64,000 nucleotides of DNA from the human T2T-CHM13v2.0 reference genome, Homo sapiens. Position 1 is the first letter of the stretch; every line of letters starts with the position of its first letter. Below are positions 14,725 through 29,696 of this stretch, piece after piece. The stretch covers positions 16,544,001 through 16,608,000 of the forward strand of contig CP086569.2 in NCBI GenBank assembly GCA_009914755.4, written 5' to 3'. Under the pieces are notes generated by a model. The model saw only the letters and a list, made by a program, of their open reading frames with translations, ran no database searches and was not told the origin of the DNA. The translations under genes and the position numbers were made by a program.

Positions 14725-17700
14725 AATCAGAAGTTGCCGATTTCTTCCTTGAAGACAATGGGTAGAATCTCTTTACAGCTTATGTTGGGCTCAAGTCCTC
14801 ATCCCCAAATTCCAGTCTTTATCTAGGCCCTTCCAGCCATTTGCTCTTGGAGACATGTTGTTATTGAGCCAGTCCAGGGTTTGTCAACCTAGGAGAGAAA
14901 TGAAATATACTCCACCAACAATCACCCATCAAGTCTTGGTAGGAAAGAGAAGAGCAGTGTGGGTCTGTTAACTCTGGAGATCCTAGTTTGTTTCTACATT
15001 GGGCCTCATTCTCCACTCTGCTGTGATCCTGGTGTTGCCTTGACCCTCACTTTGCATCCTAGTCCCTGCATTTCTGTTGGGCTAGAATGTTCCTACTCCA
15101 GTTCTCTGCACTTTTAGCAGGGTAGGTACTAGGAGGTGGGTTATCAGTAATTGTGGGGGGAAAATAGATGGTGTAACATCACACACTCACATGCTCAACT
15201 CCCTCTGGCACTGCCATTGTGCCACAAGACATGTATCTATTGACCCACCCACATAGGCTTAGGAAGGGCTTCTGCTCCCCAAAAGAGCATAAAAGAGCAA
15301 AGGTAGCATAAAAGAGACTGAGCTTTGGAATCTTTGGTTCAGATTCCTAGCTGGTCATACACAAGCTGTGTGACCCTGGAAAAATTACTCCATCTGTCAA
15401 AATTTCACCTTCCTCATCTACAAAATCTGAATAATTTTCACCTGCCTACATGACAGAATTCATAGGAGTAAATATTGCATGACAAAGTGCCTAGGACATA
15501 GTACACTCTCAGTAAATGCTTATTTTTTTCCTTTTTATCTGGAAGCTTACCTGCAAAAAACTATTCTCAGCTGCCCCTTTACCCCTGACCTCAGCTGCAT
15601 GTTGAGATTCAAAGTGTCTTTCTATGGTACAGATGCTGAAATCCAGAGGCTGACATGCAAATTGGGCTGAATGATATTTGTATTTTTTTCCATGTTTATT
15701 TCAATTTCAGTCTCCTTAATGTTCACGGTTTTCAAGGTCAGTGGAAAATCATATTGATTCGTATGACTCTGGATGATTACAGTGTTGACTTCATCACTTG
15801 TAGCTGCTTAATGGCTGCAGAATTAACAAAGGAGAAAATAATGTGAACATGGCCAAGGAACAGTGATTAGTGTATGATTGAAAACTTTGATATGTTTGGG
15901 GAAAAATCCATCTACTATTTTGTCCTTTAATGCCAGGCAGTTTTGCTCATATGCTTGAGTACAGTGCAATTTCTACCAGTAGAATTTGCTTTTTATTCAG
16001 ATGGAAAAAATACATGTGTCATAGTAGGATCTGGGAGTTGGAATTTAAAACGTATAATCTAATGAGTGGGTAAAGAGGTAAAGACAAAGACCCAAAGAGA
16101 AATGCTTGAGGGTGAATGGAGAGGAGAAAAGGGCAGGAGGAGATGGGGGCCAGGGTGAGGGAGAGAGAGAGAAAGGAAGAGAGCTTAAAAAAGTATTTTT
16201 ATCTGGTATTGCTTACTGGGAACCAAACTGATTCAACTACTGTGTACCCAGCCTTAATCTTAAGCTTTTGCCTTAATCCAATCCACTGAGACAAAATCAC
16301 TGATTAGCTTTGAAATATATTTTCTAATTGTATTTCTTCATTGTTTTGCAAACATCTAGGTGTCCTAGCTTCAATGAGAAGCCAAGAATATCTGCCATCA
16401 CAGCCAAACACTCTTTGTTGTGAATTCCAGTCCTTCTGATATTGTGAGCCTTTCAGATGTTGGGAAAGAGCTTGTTTTGCAACATACTCTGTTGAAATGT
16501 TATACACAGCTCATGAAAAATATGCCATTTGATAGACTTCATAAATTCATCTGCTATAATAGCCTCTATGATAAAGGTCAACCATGGAGTATGAGGGCAG
16601 TTCCTAATCCCCTCCATTTTCACTCATTTTAATCCTCTCAGAATTAATCCCTAAACTTTGCTGTACTTATGTGAGGAAACACTATGTGCTGCTGAAGCAG
16701 AAAGGTTAGAGCTAGAGGAGATTTTTATTATAAAATAAGGCCCAAGAGAAAAGCAATCTTAGTTGAGCTGGATTTTTCTTAAGATAACTTCTTAGTGAGT
16801 GATAGGAAGTAAGGGAGCTACCTGGAGTATCCCAGCTGGGGGCTTCATCTCCCTGGATAGTAATTCAGAGATAAAAAACTATAGGTCTATTCTGAAGCTA
16901 ATAATTCTTTCTTATGGTACCTTCCATGCCCTTTTCCTAATCTCTCTATAATCTCCTCAATTTTGGATAATCCCAAGCGTATTCATCAAGTTTTCAAGAA
17001 AAATTACTTAAAAAAAGATTTCTTCTTTATTGTAGGCTCACACTTTATGTCACACACATAGGAATCTACATTTTCTATCCATCAAAGTGAGCTGGGTGGT
17101 AGAGAGGAATGGAGGGAAAAAGTACACCTGGTTGTGCTAATCAATTTCAAGCACTTTCCTGTTTTTGCTTTTTGTTTTCCCATGGTGGGAATCCAGAAGC
17201 CTTTCTAAAATGATATGAGAAGGCATGATACTGGGAAAATTCCTCAAACATCAGTGTGAGAGTGTTGACTAAGCCCAGGAAGACAGATATTACCTGTTAT
17301 GGATAGGGGTTCTATGTTTTGCTAATAAGAAATCAGGAGGAAAGATGAAAAAGAAGAAGTGAGGAGGAAAGACAATGCCATAGGAATTGAAGAATAGATG
17401 AAGACATTCTTTTTCCTGTATTTTATATTTCTCACATGTAATTTCATTGCACTTAATTCTTCTATTATCTTGAGCATACACAAAGTCTGTGATATCTATT
17501 GGAATTATCTATGAAAAGTTTATCTTCTAATTTGAGGTAAAATTTGTTTTCTCAGTCAAAAATAAAGGCAATTTTCTTTCAGTCTCTTTCACAAGTGTCC
17601 GGAACAAATCAATATGTTCAACAAATACAATAAATTGCCACAAGCCAATTGGGAATATGTTTGCTCACATTTTCCCAAAGGCAGATGTTCAAAACTAAGC

Positions 17701-18734
17701 ACAATTCTCCATGGAATTTCCACTTGGTAAGAGCTTGACAAATGAAATAAATCCACGTGCTGATAAGAGAAATAAAATGTTTCTTATAGGGAAGCTGTAT
17801 ACACATATGTGTGTATACATATATAAATCCACAAATTTTAACTAAGGTAGTATATTGGCATTGCTTTGCTGTTATTCTAGAGTATTGCAAAATGCAGTGG
17901 ATTCCCCACATGGCATGTAGCTTACATATTGTTGGGAAAACACACAGGGAGGGCTCTAAAAATTCTTCCTCTAACCTGTTATGACAATAATAATGATGAT
18001 GTCTAACATTCCTTAAGCACTTGTGATGAGCTTGTATTTAGTAATTAACAGACTCTATAATATTTTCTTATTGATAGAAGCAGTTGTCTTTCTCATTTTT
18101 CAAATTAGGATGTTCATAGGACTAATTTCTTTCAAATGATAATTCTAGACAGAGGACTCCAACTTAAGCCAAGAAGACTTTAAGCTAGTAACTAATTTCT
18201 ATTAGGATATTAGGTAATTAATTCACTAATTCACTCATTCAGTGATGCATCCATTTCTTTAGGTATCTAGAACAGTGTCTGGCACAGAATGGTCACTCAA
18301 TAAATATTTGTTGCATGAGTGAATGAATGAATGATTGAATGAGTAACTCTCATGTGTAATCAGCTAGGCTTACAGAGATTGGAAAGAAAAGTTGACCCAA
18401 ATAGGACTGATATCCTCAACTTGCAACTAAATGACAGCAATTGAAGGCAGTTATAGCATATTAAAAGGGAATTCTGGCGAAAAATATAACTTAAGGTGTG
18501 ATAAAAAAAGGTTAGTGGAAGAGAGAGGATTTGACCCTCAGTATAGAAATCAAGAAGCCAGGAATCACAAAAGGGAATGAGAACAAAGGAAGAAAAAAAA
18601 TTTGTAAATTCACAATAGGAAGAATTGCAAATAGAAGGCCAGGCCATGGCAAGTGGAAATTGATTGTGTTATCTAAGTGCAGAAAATAGTCCCTCAAAAT
18701 ATATTAGATGAAAACTTTGGAAATTCCCATTAAC

Positions 18735-19080
18735 CCAAGTGTGGTGGGTAGAATAACTCCTCTACCCACCCTAAAGATGTCCATGTTTTAATACTTAAAA
18801 TCTTTGAATATGTTACTTTATGTGACCAAAGGGACTGTGACTCTGCAGATGTGGTGAAGTCAAGGAACTTGAGAGGTAAAGATTATCTTGAATTATTCAG
18901 GTGGGCTTAATATAGTCACAAGCGTTTCTATAATTGAAAGAGGAAGCTTTAGCCTCTTGGAACCCATTTCAGTCTTATGACTGCAAGAACAGTAAGCAGT
19001 GCATGTATGTGTTGTTTTAAGCCCAAGTTTATGATAATTTATTACAGCAGCAAGAGGAAACTGATACAATGAGCTAATCT
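18735..19080 (+). mobile_element. MLT1-like MaLR LTR (internally shortened)
   Basis: ..CTAAAGATGTCCATGTTTTAATACTTAAAATCTTTGAATATGTTACTTTATGTGACCAAAGGGACTGTGACTCTGCAGATGTGGTGAAG... ends ..TGTTGTTTTAAGCCCAAGTTTATGATAATTTATTACAGCAGCAAGAGGAAACTGATACAA, an MLT1-style 3' end. Confidence 0.5.
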
Positions 19081-20140
19081 AGAAAGGAAAGCATTGTCTT
19101 CTCAATTTCTTTTTTTTTCTTTTCTGAGTAACTTCACTCAGCGTAATAAACACCCTTGGTAGCTCAAGAACATTAAAAGCTGTGTACTGGTTCACATGGA
19201 CATACCTGAGAAACCTAGCAAAGTGGTGTTTAAGGTATTTAAAATGTTGAAGGTAGCCTCACCCTTTGAATTCAACCTTCACTTGACCTGTGCTACAGCA
19301 TCCAAATAAAATGATTCAAATGCTTTTCCCACCCTAAGAGCAAAATCATCAGCTCACATGTTTGAAGGAAGATCCACCACTTGTCATCTTTATTCTGGGG
19401 AAATACAAATGTGCACACTATTTTTTTTCCAGAAGTTTGGCTATCAGCAAAGCCTCTCAACGAGTTTTCTAAACATATGGAAGGAAACAGTCTGGAATGC
19501 ACCACTTCTTTACATTGAGTCTGTAAACCTTTGCATTGCCAAACTTTCCCTTCCTCTTTTCACAGAGAAACTGATGAATTTTATCCACAGAAACATAATA
19601 GACATTACCTCACAAGACAGCGTGTATTTTCCTTTTTTAAATAAGCTACTTTTGATCACAGCGTGTATTTTCTTATCTTTCTGCAGCATCCGTGATGAAC
19701 AATGACTGTTAGATCATTATCAGTAATTATGACATTTTCTGAGTTGTATAAAAACTCACTACCAAATGGATAACCTTCAAGGATTCTCCAGAAAACATGC
19801 GTTATATACTGGAGGTTTTCTCTTGTTCTTTTTGCTTTTTAAAAGTGAAACATACACAGTTTGATTTTTTGGTGGCTTGACTATGGAAACATCACAGGTT
19901 CTTTAGATTTCTGTGAAATGAGGGACATCCAACTGTGTTTCAAACTTAATGAAAAGCTGTCAGGGTTTCTTTCCCCTAATTTCAACCCTGTGTGAACTTG
20001 CATATACAAAAAGGTGTATCAGAGTCTATTACTGATTTCAAACTAGGACTTCTGATAGAATAGAAATAGGCGTATCATGACTGAGTTCAACCTTCTTGAT
20101 CATGGGGCATAAATCAAACCCTAAAATCCAGACAATCTTA

Positions 20141-20434
20141 TTTTTTTTATTTTTATTTTTTTGAGACCGAGTCTCGTTCTGGCTCTGTCGTCCAGGCTGG
20201 AGTGCAGTGGCGCGATCTCAGCTCACTGCAAGATCCTCCTCCTTCCTGCCTCAGCCTCCTGAGCAGCTGGGATTACAGGCGGATGCAACAAATCCCGGCT
20301 AATTTGTTGTATTTTCAGTAGAGACAGGGTTTCACCATGTTAGCCAGGATGGTCTGGATCCCCTGACCTCGTGGTCCGCCCTCCTCAGCCTCCCAAAGTG
20401 CTGGGATTACAGGCGTGAGCAACCGCGTCCGGCC
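20141..20434 (-). mobile_element. AluY-like SINE (antisense), CpG-rich/young
   Basis: ..GAGACCGAGTCTCGTTCTGGCTCTGTCGTCCAGGCTGGAGTGCAGTGGCGCGATCTCAGCTCACTGCAAG...GGATTACAGGCGTGAGCAACCGCGTCCGGCC. Many intact CpGs. Confidence 0.9.
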
Positions 20435-20642
20435 CTGACAGTCTTATCTTTAATTAACTTTACAACCCAAAAGAGATGAGTTAGTTTTGATCTAACAGAA
20501 TTCCTATTTTCCAAGCCCACAAAGAAATTTTGTCCAGACCTATGTGAGTTTTAATACGTGCTAAAATTTATATTATTTCACTTTTCATAATTGTCCACAA
20601 AGACAATCAAGGTAGGATACAGGTGACTGTTTCAAATACAGT

Positions 20643-21006
<364 letters not shown>

Positions 21007-21084
21007 TTATTTGCTCACTTGTTCAACCAATATGATTTAGAATTAAAGACTTAAAGACCTCAAACCTGAACTTTCTTCTTTTTC

Positions 21085-21345
21085 CTTTTTTTAAAGTGAC
21101 AGGTCCCACTCTGTCACTCAGGGTGGAGTGCAGTGGCATGATCACAGGTCACAGCAGCTTCAAACTTCTGGGCTCAAGCAATCCTCTGCAAGCAGGTGCA
21201 GAGCACCATGCTCAGCTAATTTTTTTTTAAGAGATCAAATTTTACCATGTTGCCAAGGCAGGTCCCAAACTTTTGGGCCAAGCAGTCCTCCCACCTGGCC
21301 TTCCAAAGTACTAGATTTACAAATGTGGGCTCCTGAAACCAGCCA
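21085..21345 (-). mobile_element. older Alu (AluJ/S-like, antisense)
   Basis: ..CACTCTGTCACTCAGGGTGGAGTGCAGTGGCATGATCACAGGTCACAGCAGCTTCAAACTTCTGGGCTCAAGCAATCCTC..GTCCTCCCACCTGGCCTTCCAAAGTACTAGATTTACAAATGTGGGCTCC. Diverged. Confidence 0.75.
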
Positions 21346-24300
21346 CAAACCTGAAGTTTCCAAGAAAACATTACTAAAAGTCATGTATTTTTTGGTTAAA
21401 TAACGACAAAAGAAAGACTAAGTAGGACAACATAGAATAATATCAAGTGCAACTCAGAGATCCAATGTGAAGGGAAAGGCATTAAGAAGAGATGCTTTTC
21501 ATGGTCTATTAAATGCCTACTAGGGCCCTAGATCATTGGTAGGAGTTCCATGGAAACGACAAGTGAGAAGTCAGAATTGGGGTCGGGGTATTTATGTTGG
21601 ATAATATCCTAGTATGAGGGGTAAGAACTTACAGGCAAGAAAGTGTCCAGGAAGTAAATGGAATAAAATATTCAGTTCTAGAAAAACCCAGTGGAAAATA
21701 AAGTGTTGGGTTGATATATTTTACAGTAGCACGATGAAGTCTGAGCTAATCTGTTATAAGGGAGAGCTAGAAAGGCAAAGTTGTTTTGGGCAAAACAGTT
21801 CAGAGAACAGGAGTCAGCTGAGTTTGACAAATCACATGACATTTTAAGATGAGAGAGAATAACAGTGAAATATGGTTTTTAATCTTATATGCAACCATCT
21901 TTGAAAATATGATGTGATTGTTCTTGCTTTTTATTTTTATTATCCAGTCCCATGATGTGCAGTCTTTCTCTCAATGTTTTGCTTTGTGATTTTAAGAGGG
22001 AAGTGTTTCCATGAGAAACGATAAGCGTCCAATGGACGTGCTAACATCACAGATGATTTTTGTTTGGCTGTAGGTAACAAGGCTCCCACAGTGGGAAAAC
22101 CAGGGTTAAAATGAAGAATAAATTTATTGCTGGAGAAAAAAAAAGTGCACATCCTGCACATTTATCCCAGAACTCAAAGTATAACAATGTCCAGAATGTG
22201 CTGGAGGAGGGAGCGTGTCCTCTTTGGGCAGAGTCTGTGAGATATTTTGATAGGGTGCCTCATGAATTCACCAGGCTAGATCTTGGCTGAAGTTGTGTGC
22301 CTAGCAGTAGAGAGGAAACTTTAACACCGTATATTGCTTGCTCTAATCCTCTCATCATAGGAGGAGGGAGAACCAGCTGAAGGAACCTGTCCCCTTCACC
22401 TGTCTACTGGCAAAGTTGAGCAATGGCTATGATCATGAGCTAGAAAAGAGCATAGGTTGATCTTTTTGAAGTGGTTATATAAAGTTTTTGTTGGTCTTTC
22501 ACTATGCATCCTGAAATACCCCCTACTCCCACCACACTCCCAGTGATATGAATGACTACTTCCTATTCCAAGTAGCAATACATATTCTGATTTCTGACTC
22601 AGGCTGTCTAAACTTCCATATGAGATCTTTCCTTTGCTGTCCTTGCAATGTTGGGAGGTTCCTGAACTATTCTTTAGGATTATTTGTTCTCATCTCTGAA
22701 ACAGGGTGGATGGAATGATACCTCTCTCATTGACTCGTTGGGAGAATCAGAATGAAATGGTATGTGAGGAACGATTTGCACAGTGTCTGGTGTTAACAAC
22801 AAGCACTAACCTGTGCTGGTCATGATGGTTATGACACATCCATGAATTCTAATACTTTGAGCCCTGCTGATGGTGAGGGATAATCTAGGAACTCCTGGAA
22901 GGACTATACATTGTTCTGTAATACAGGTGTAGAGGTCTCCTTATGACCTTCAATCATTCACTTGCTTCTCTAGAGCTTCCATTGAGTTTTCTCCTTCCCC
23001 CTTCTTCTTGCTTTGTGCCATGGGGGGATGACAAATGTGGGCTATGTCTGTGGATCCTGTGTCTCTGGCTTCAGCATGGTTTGGGCAATGATAAGCCATG
23101 TTGTTATAGGAACAACAGATTTATAAACCCACTACACAGTAATGCACCAATGCACAAAAGCAACAGTGTTTGCAGCAGAGAAAGATTTTAATAATCACAG
23201 GGTGCTGAGTGAAGAGATGGGAGGGACATTCAGATCCATCTCCTTGGAGATGGATCTTGGCTGAAGCTTTTAAGGGGATCGTGGAAGGCAAGGGGCTAGA
23301 ACATTGGGGTCATTCATTGGTCAGTGTAAGGGAGATGAAATCATCAGGGTGTGCCAATGGCATTCTTTGGTGAGTCAACTCCTTGCAGGGTCCTTTAGAC
23401 CAACTGGCATCAGTCATTTTATTATTGTTTGGTATGCAGGATGTGAAAGAATATCTCAAAGGAGAACTTCACTTTTCACAATGCTTAAGTTGTTGTTTAT
23501 AAAGCAGTTATGGGGAGCTATAATCTAAACTCAGACAATAGATACCAAAGCACTATGAAGAAGCCAGTCGGAGAGCTAGCTGACCTAGGGATTAATGCTA
23601 AATATACTGCAAGCTTGCTTTAGTTTGTTTCTACCTCTCCATTTTTCTATGATTATTTTTGTAAAGTTATAGGGATGGTAACACTGGTGGGAAATTCAAG
23701 GAAGGGTGGAGAATAAAGATTGGTTTCTCTTTCTCTAGTGTGGTCCCTGTGAGGACGTCTAGGGCTGAGATGACCTCAACAGAGAAGACACCTAGTTATC
23801 TTCTAAAGGCTGCTAGAGGCAAACCAAGAAAGACTTCCTGCATGGTTTATGGCCTCCCTACACATGTGTCTAATTAATAAAACAACAGCACGACTCTTTC
23901 ACAGAAAATCCTAATTTGAATATGCCCTTTGTTTCACTATAGGGCACCATTTTCCTAGCATGCCTTGTAGGCAGACACACTTCCGAGGTGATGAATTCCT
24001 GAATTATTCATAGAATGTGGATTTGTGAATGCTAGCATTTCAGGATAAAATGTACCAACCATTTGGTGCAGATAAGTGTATGAGATCTGTTGCACAGTAG
24101 GTTGACTATAGTTAATAGTAATGAGTTGTGTATTTCAAAATTGCTAAGACAGGAAATGTCAAATGGTCTTGACACAAAAAAATAAGTATTTGAGGTGATG
24201 GGTAGGTTAATACACTTGATTTAATTATTCCATATTATAAACATATATCAAAACATCACATTATACTCCATAAATATATATAATTATAACTTATCAACCA

Positions 24301-24451
24301 AAACTTTGAAAATTAAATAATTTAGTTAATTGAATAAAAGGCTTTTTAATATGAAAGCATCAGTAGATGTTGAGGTCTGGCCACAGAATCATTTTACTGA
24401 GGTGTGTTTTCAGGTTGCACATCAGGTTGATGCTCTGTAAGTACGGTATTA

Positions 24452-24733
24452 TTTTGTTTTTGTTTTTTTGAGTCTCACTGTGTTGTCCAGGCTGGAGTGC
24501 AATGGTGCAATCTCCAGTAACTGCAACCTCCAACTCCTAGGTTCAAGCAATTCTCCTGTCTCAGCCACATGAGTGGCTGGGATTACAGACATCCATCACC
24601 ATGCTTGGCTAATTTTTGAGACAGAGTTTCACCATGTTGGCCAGGTGGGTCACCAACTACTAACCTCAAGTGATCCACCTACCTTGGCCTTCTAAAGTGC
24701 TGGAATCACAGGCATGAGCCACCGCAACTGCCC
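24452..24733 (-). mobile_element. Alu SINE (antisense)
   Basis: TTTTTTGAGTCTCACTGTGTTGTCCAGGCTGGAGTGCAATGGTGCAATCTCC...CTGGAATCACAGGCATGAGCCACCGCAACTGCCC. Confidence 0.85.
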
Positions 24734-24777
24734 AAGTATGGTTTTTGAACATGAACATAGTCAGCAACTCCTGACTT

Positions 24778-25083
24778 TATTATTTATTATTACTTTATTA
24801 TTATTTGAAGAGGCATAGTCTCTCTGTCTGTCATCCACTGGAGTACAGTGGTGCAGTGATGGCTCACTGCATCCTCCACTGGTCTCAAGTGATCCTCTTA
24901 CATTTGCCTTCAAATTGGCTGGGACCACAGGTATGCACCACTACACCTGACTAATTTTTTCTATTTTCTGTATAGATGATGTCTCACTATGTTACTCAGG
25001 CTGGTTTCAAACTCCTAGCCTGAAGAAATTTTCGTTTCTGGGCCTCCTAAAGAGCTGGGATTACAGGCCACCACACCTAACCT
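24778..25083 (-). mobile_element. Alu SINE (antisense, diverged)
   Basis: ..CATCCACTGGAGTACAGTGGTGCAGTGATGGCTCACTGCATCC..CAAGTGATCCTCTTAC...GAGCTGGGATTACAGGCCACCACACCTAACC. Confidence 0.8.
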
Positions 25084-28000
25084 AGCATCCCTCACTTTAA
25101 ATAAATACATATCAAATGCATAGTAAGAGTCTAGATATCATATGTATAGTCATAAGTCATTTGACTCTAAACCTTTTTTATTTGCATAGATGGTTCACAC
25201 TCAAAATTTACCATTAATTCCAATTTATGATAGTAAGTTGTATGTCTGGCCACATAAGTATAGCAAACACACTGTTTCTGTATTTAGGTTTGCCATTTAT
25301 TTATGTATTTATTTATTATACTTTAAGTTGTGGGATATAAGTGCTGAATGTGCAGGTTTGTTACATAGGTATATGCACGTAATGGTGGTTTGCTGCACCC
25401 ATCAGCCCATCATCTACATTAGGTATTCCTTCTAATACTATCCCTCCCCTATGCCCCCAACCCCCAACAGGCCCCAGTGTGTGATGTTGCCCTCCCTGTG
25501 TCTACGTGTTTTCATTGCTCAACTCCCACTTACGAGTGAGAACATGCCGTGTTTGGTTTACTGTTCCTGTGTTAGTTTGCTGAAAATGATGTTTCCCAGC
25601 TTCATCCATGTCACTGCAAATGACATGAACTCCCCCTTTTTTATGGCTACATAGTATTCCATGCTGTATATGTGCCACATTTACTTTGTCCAGTTTATCG
25701 CTGATTGGCATTTGGGTTGGTTTCAAGTCTTTTCTATTGTGAACAGTGCCGCAATAAACATATGTGTGCATGTGTCTTTATAGTAGAATGATTTTTAATC
25801 CTTTAGGTATATACCCAGTAATGAGATTGCTGGGTTAAATCATATTTGTGGTTCTAGATCCTTGAGAATCACCACACTGTCTTCCATGGTGGTCAACTAA
25901 TTTACACTCCCACCAACAGTGCAAAAACTTTCCTATTTCTCCACATCCTCTTCAGCATCTGTTGTTTCCTGACATTCTAATGATCACCATTCTAAGAGGT
26001 GTGAGATGATACCACATTGTGCTTTTGATCTGCATTTCTTCAATGACCAGTGATAATGAACTTTTTCTCATATGTCTGTTGGCTGCATAAATGTCTTATT
26101 TTGAGAAGTGCCTGTTCTTATCCTTTGTCCAATCTCTGATGGTGTTGTTTTTTCTTGTAAATTTGCTTAAGTTTCTTATAGATTCCGGATATTAGCCCTT
26201 TGTCAGATGGATAGAAAGCAATAATTTTCTCCCATTCTATAAATTTACTGTTCATTCTGATGATAGTTGCTTTAGCTGTGCAGCAGCTCTTTAGTTTAAA
26301 TAGATTTCATTTGTCAATTTTGGCTTAGTTGCTGTTGCTTTTGGTGTTTTTGTTGTGAAGTTTTGGGCCATGCTTATGTCCTGAATGGTATTGCCTAAGT
26401 TTTTTTCTAGAGTTTTTATGGTTTTAGGTTTTATGTTTAAGTCTTTAATCCATCTTGAGTTAATTTTTGTATAAGGATTAAGGAAGGGGTCCAATTTTAA
26501 TTTTCTGCATATGGCCAGCCAGTTTTCCCAACATCATTTATTTAATAGGGAATTCTTTCCTCATTCCTTGTTATTGTCAGGTTTATCAAAGAACAAATGG
26601 TTGTAGATGTGTGGTATTATTTCTGGAACCTCTGTTCTTTTCCATTGGTCTCTTTATCTGTTTTGTATCAGTATCATGCTCTTTTGGTTACTGTATCCTT
26701 GAAGTTACATAGCAGAATGCCTCCAGCTTTGTTCTTTTTGCTTAGGATTGTCTTGGGTATATGGGCTCCTTTTTAGGTTCTATATGAAATTTAAAGTAGT
26801 TTTTCCTAATTCTGTTAAGAAAGTCAATGTTATATTGATGGGGATAGCATTATATGTATACATTACTTTGGGCACTATGGCCATTTTCACAATATTGATA
26901 TTTCCTATCCATGAGCATGGAAAGTTTTTCCATTTGTTTATGTCCTTTCTTATTTCCTTGAGCAGTGCTTTGTAGTTCTGCTGGAAGAGGTCCTTCATCT
27001 CCCTTGTAAGTTGTATTCCTAGCTATTTCATTCTCTGTAGCAGTTGTGAATGGGAGTTAACTCATGATTTGGCTCTCTTTCTATTATTAGCATATAGGAA
27101 TGCTTGTGATTTTTGCACATTGATTTTGTATCCTGAGACTTTGCTGAAGTTGCTTATCAGGTTAAGAAGATTTGGGGCTGAGACGATGGGGTTTTCTAAA
27201 TATACAATCATGTCATCTACAAACAGAGACAATTTGACTTCCTGTTTTCCTATTTGAATACCCTTTATTTCTTTCTCTTTCCTGGTTGCCCTGGCCAGAA
27301 CTTTCAATACTATGTTGAATAGGAATGGTGAGAGAGGTCATTCTTGTCATGTGCCAGCTTTAAAAGGGAATGCTTCCAGTTTTTACCCATTCGGTATGAT
27401 ATTGGCTATGGGTTTGTTACAAATAGTCCTTATGATTTTGATGTACATTCCATCAATATCTAGTTTATTGAACATTTTTAGCATGAAAGAGATTTAAATT
27501 TTATTGAACACCTCTTCCACATTTATTGAAATAATCATGAGTTTTTTGGTCATTGTTTCTGTTTATGTGATGGATTACATTTATTGATTTGTGCATGTTG
27601 AACCTGCCTTGCATCCCAGGGATGAAGCCAACTTGATTGTCGTGGATAAGCTTTTTGATTTGCTGCTGGATTCAGTTTGCCAGTATTTTATTGAGAATTT
27701 TTCCTTTGATGTTCATCAAATATACTGGCCTGAAATTTCCTTTTTCTATTGTGTCTCTACCAGGTTTTGGTATCAGGATAATGCTGGCCTCATAAAATGA
27801 GTTAGGGAGGATTCTTGTTGTCTATTGCTTGGAATAGTTTCAGAGGGAATAGTCCTAGCTTCTCTTTGTACCTCTCATAGAATTTGGCTGTTAATATGTC
27901 TGGACCTGGGCTTTTTTTATATCTGGTAGGCTATTACTTACTGCCTCAATTTCAAAATTTGTTATTGGTCTACTCAGGGATTCAACTTCTTCCTGGTTTA

Positions 28001-29696
28001 GTCTTTGGAGGGTGCATGTGTCCAGGAATTTATCCATTTCTTCTAGATTTTTAGTTTATTTGTGTAGAGTTATTTTTAGTATTCTCTGACGGTATTTCTG
28101 TGGGATCAGTGGTGACATCTTTATCATTTATTAGTGTGTCTATTTCATTCTTCTTTCTTTTCTTCTTTATTAGTCTGTTTAGTGGTCTATAAATTTTATT
28201 AATATTTTCAAAAAACCAGCTCCTGGATTCGTTGGTTTATTGAATGGTTTTTTCTGTCTCTATCTACTTCTGCTAATCTTAGTTATTTCTTGTCTTCTGC
28301 TAGCTTTTTAATTTTCTTGCTATTGCTTCTCTAGTTCTTATATTTGTGATATTAGGGTGTTGATTTTAGATCTTTTCTACTTTCTCCTGTGGGCTTATAA
28401 TGCTATAAATTTCCCTCTAAATGCTGCTTTAGCTATGGCCCAGAGATCCTGGTACATTTTGTCTTTGTTCTCATTTGTTTCAAATAGCTTGTTTATTTCT
28501 GCCTTAATTTTGTTATTTATCCAGTGGTCATTCAGGAGCAGGTTGTTCAGTTTCCATGTAGTCATGCAGTATTGAGTAAGTTTCTTAATCCTGAGTTTTA
28601 ATTTGATGGCACTGTGGTCTGAGAGACTGTTTGTTATGACTTTCCTTAATTGAATTTGCTATGGAGTGTTTCACTTCCAGTTATGTGGTCAATTTTAGAA
28701 TAAGTGTGATGTGTTGCTAAGAATGTATATTCTGTCAATTTTGGTTGGAGAGTTCTGTACATATCTATTAGGTTTTCTTCATCCAGAGCTCAAGTCCTGA
28801 ATATCCTTGTTAATTTTCTTTCTCATTGTTCTGTCTAATATGACAGATAGGTGTTATTGTCTTCCACTATTATTGTATGGGGGTCTAAGTATCTTTGTAG
28901 GTCTCTAAGAACTTGCTATATGAATCTGGGTTCCCTTGTATAGGGTGCGTACATACTTAAGATTGTTAGCTCTTTTTGTTACATTGATCCTTTTACCATT
29001 ATTTAATGCCATTCTTTCTTTTTATTGATCTTTGTTGGTTTAAAGTCTGTTATATCAGAGACAAGGATTGCATCTTCTGCTTTTTTTGGCTTTGCTTGGT
29101 AAATATTTCTCCATCCCTTTATTTTGAGCCTATATGTGTCTTTGCACATGAGATGGGTCTCTTGAATACAGCACACAAGTGGATCTTGACTCTATTTAAT
29201 TTGCCAGTCTATGTCTTTTAATTGAGGCAGTTAGCCCATTTACATTTAATGTTAATATTATTATGTGTGAATTTGTCCCAGTCATTATGATACTAGCTGG
29301 TTATTTTGCCATATAGTACATGCAGTTTCTTCCTAGTGTCAATGGTCTTTACATTTTGGTATGTTTTAGCTGTGGCTGGTACTGGTTTTTACTTTCCACA
29401 GTTATTACTTCCTTCAGGAGCTCTTGTAAGGTAGGACTGGTGGTGGCAAAGTCTCTCAGCATTTGGTTATCTGTAAATGATTTTAGTTTTCCTCCTCTTA
29501 TGAAGCTAAATTTGGCTGGATATGAAATCCTGGGTTGAAAATTCTTTTATTTAAGGCTGTTGAATATTGTACTCCACTTATTGGCTTGTAGGGTTTCTCC
29601 TAAGAGCTCTTCTGTTGGTCTGTGGGCTTGTCTTTGTGAGTAACGTGGCCTTTCTTTTGGCTGCCCTTAACATTTCTTTTCTTTCATTTTGAAAGG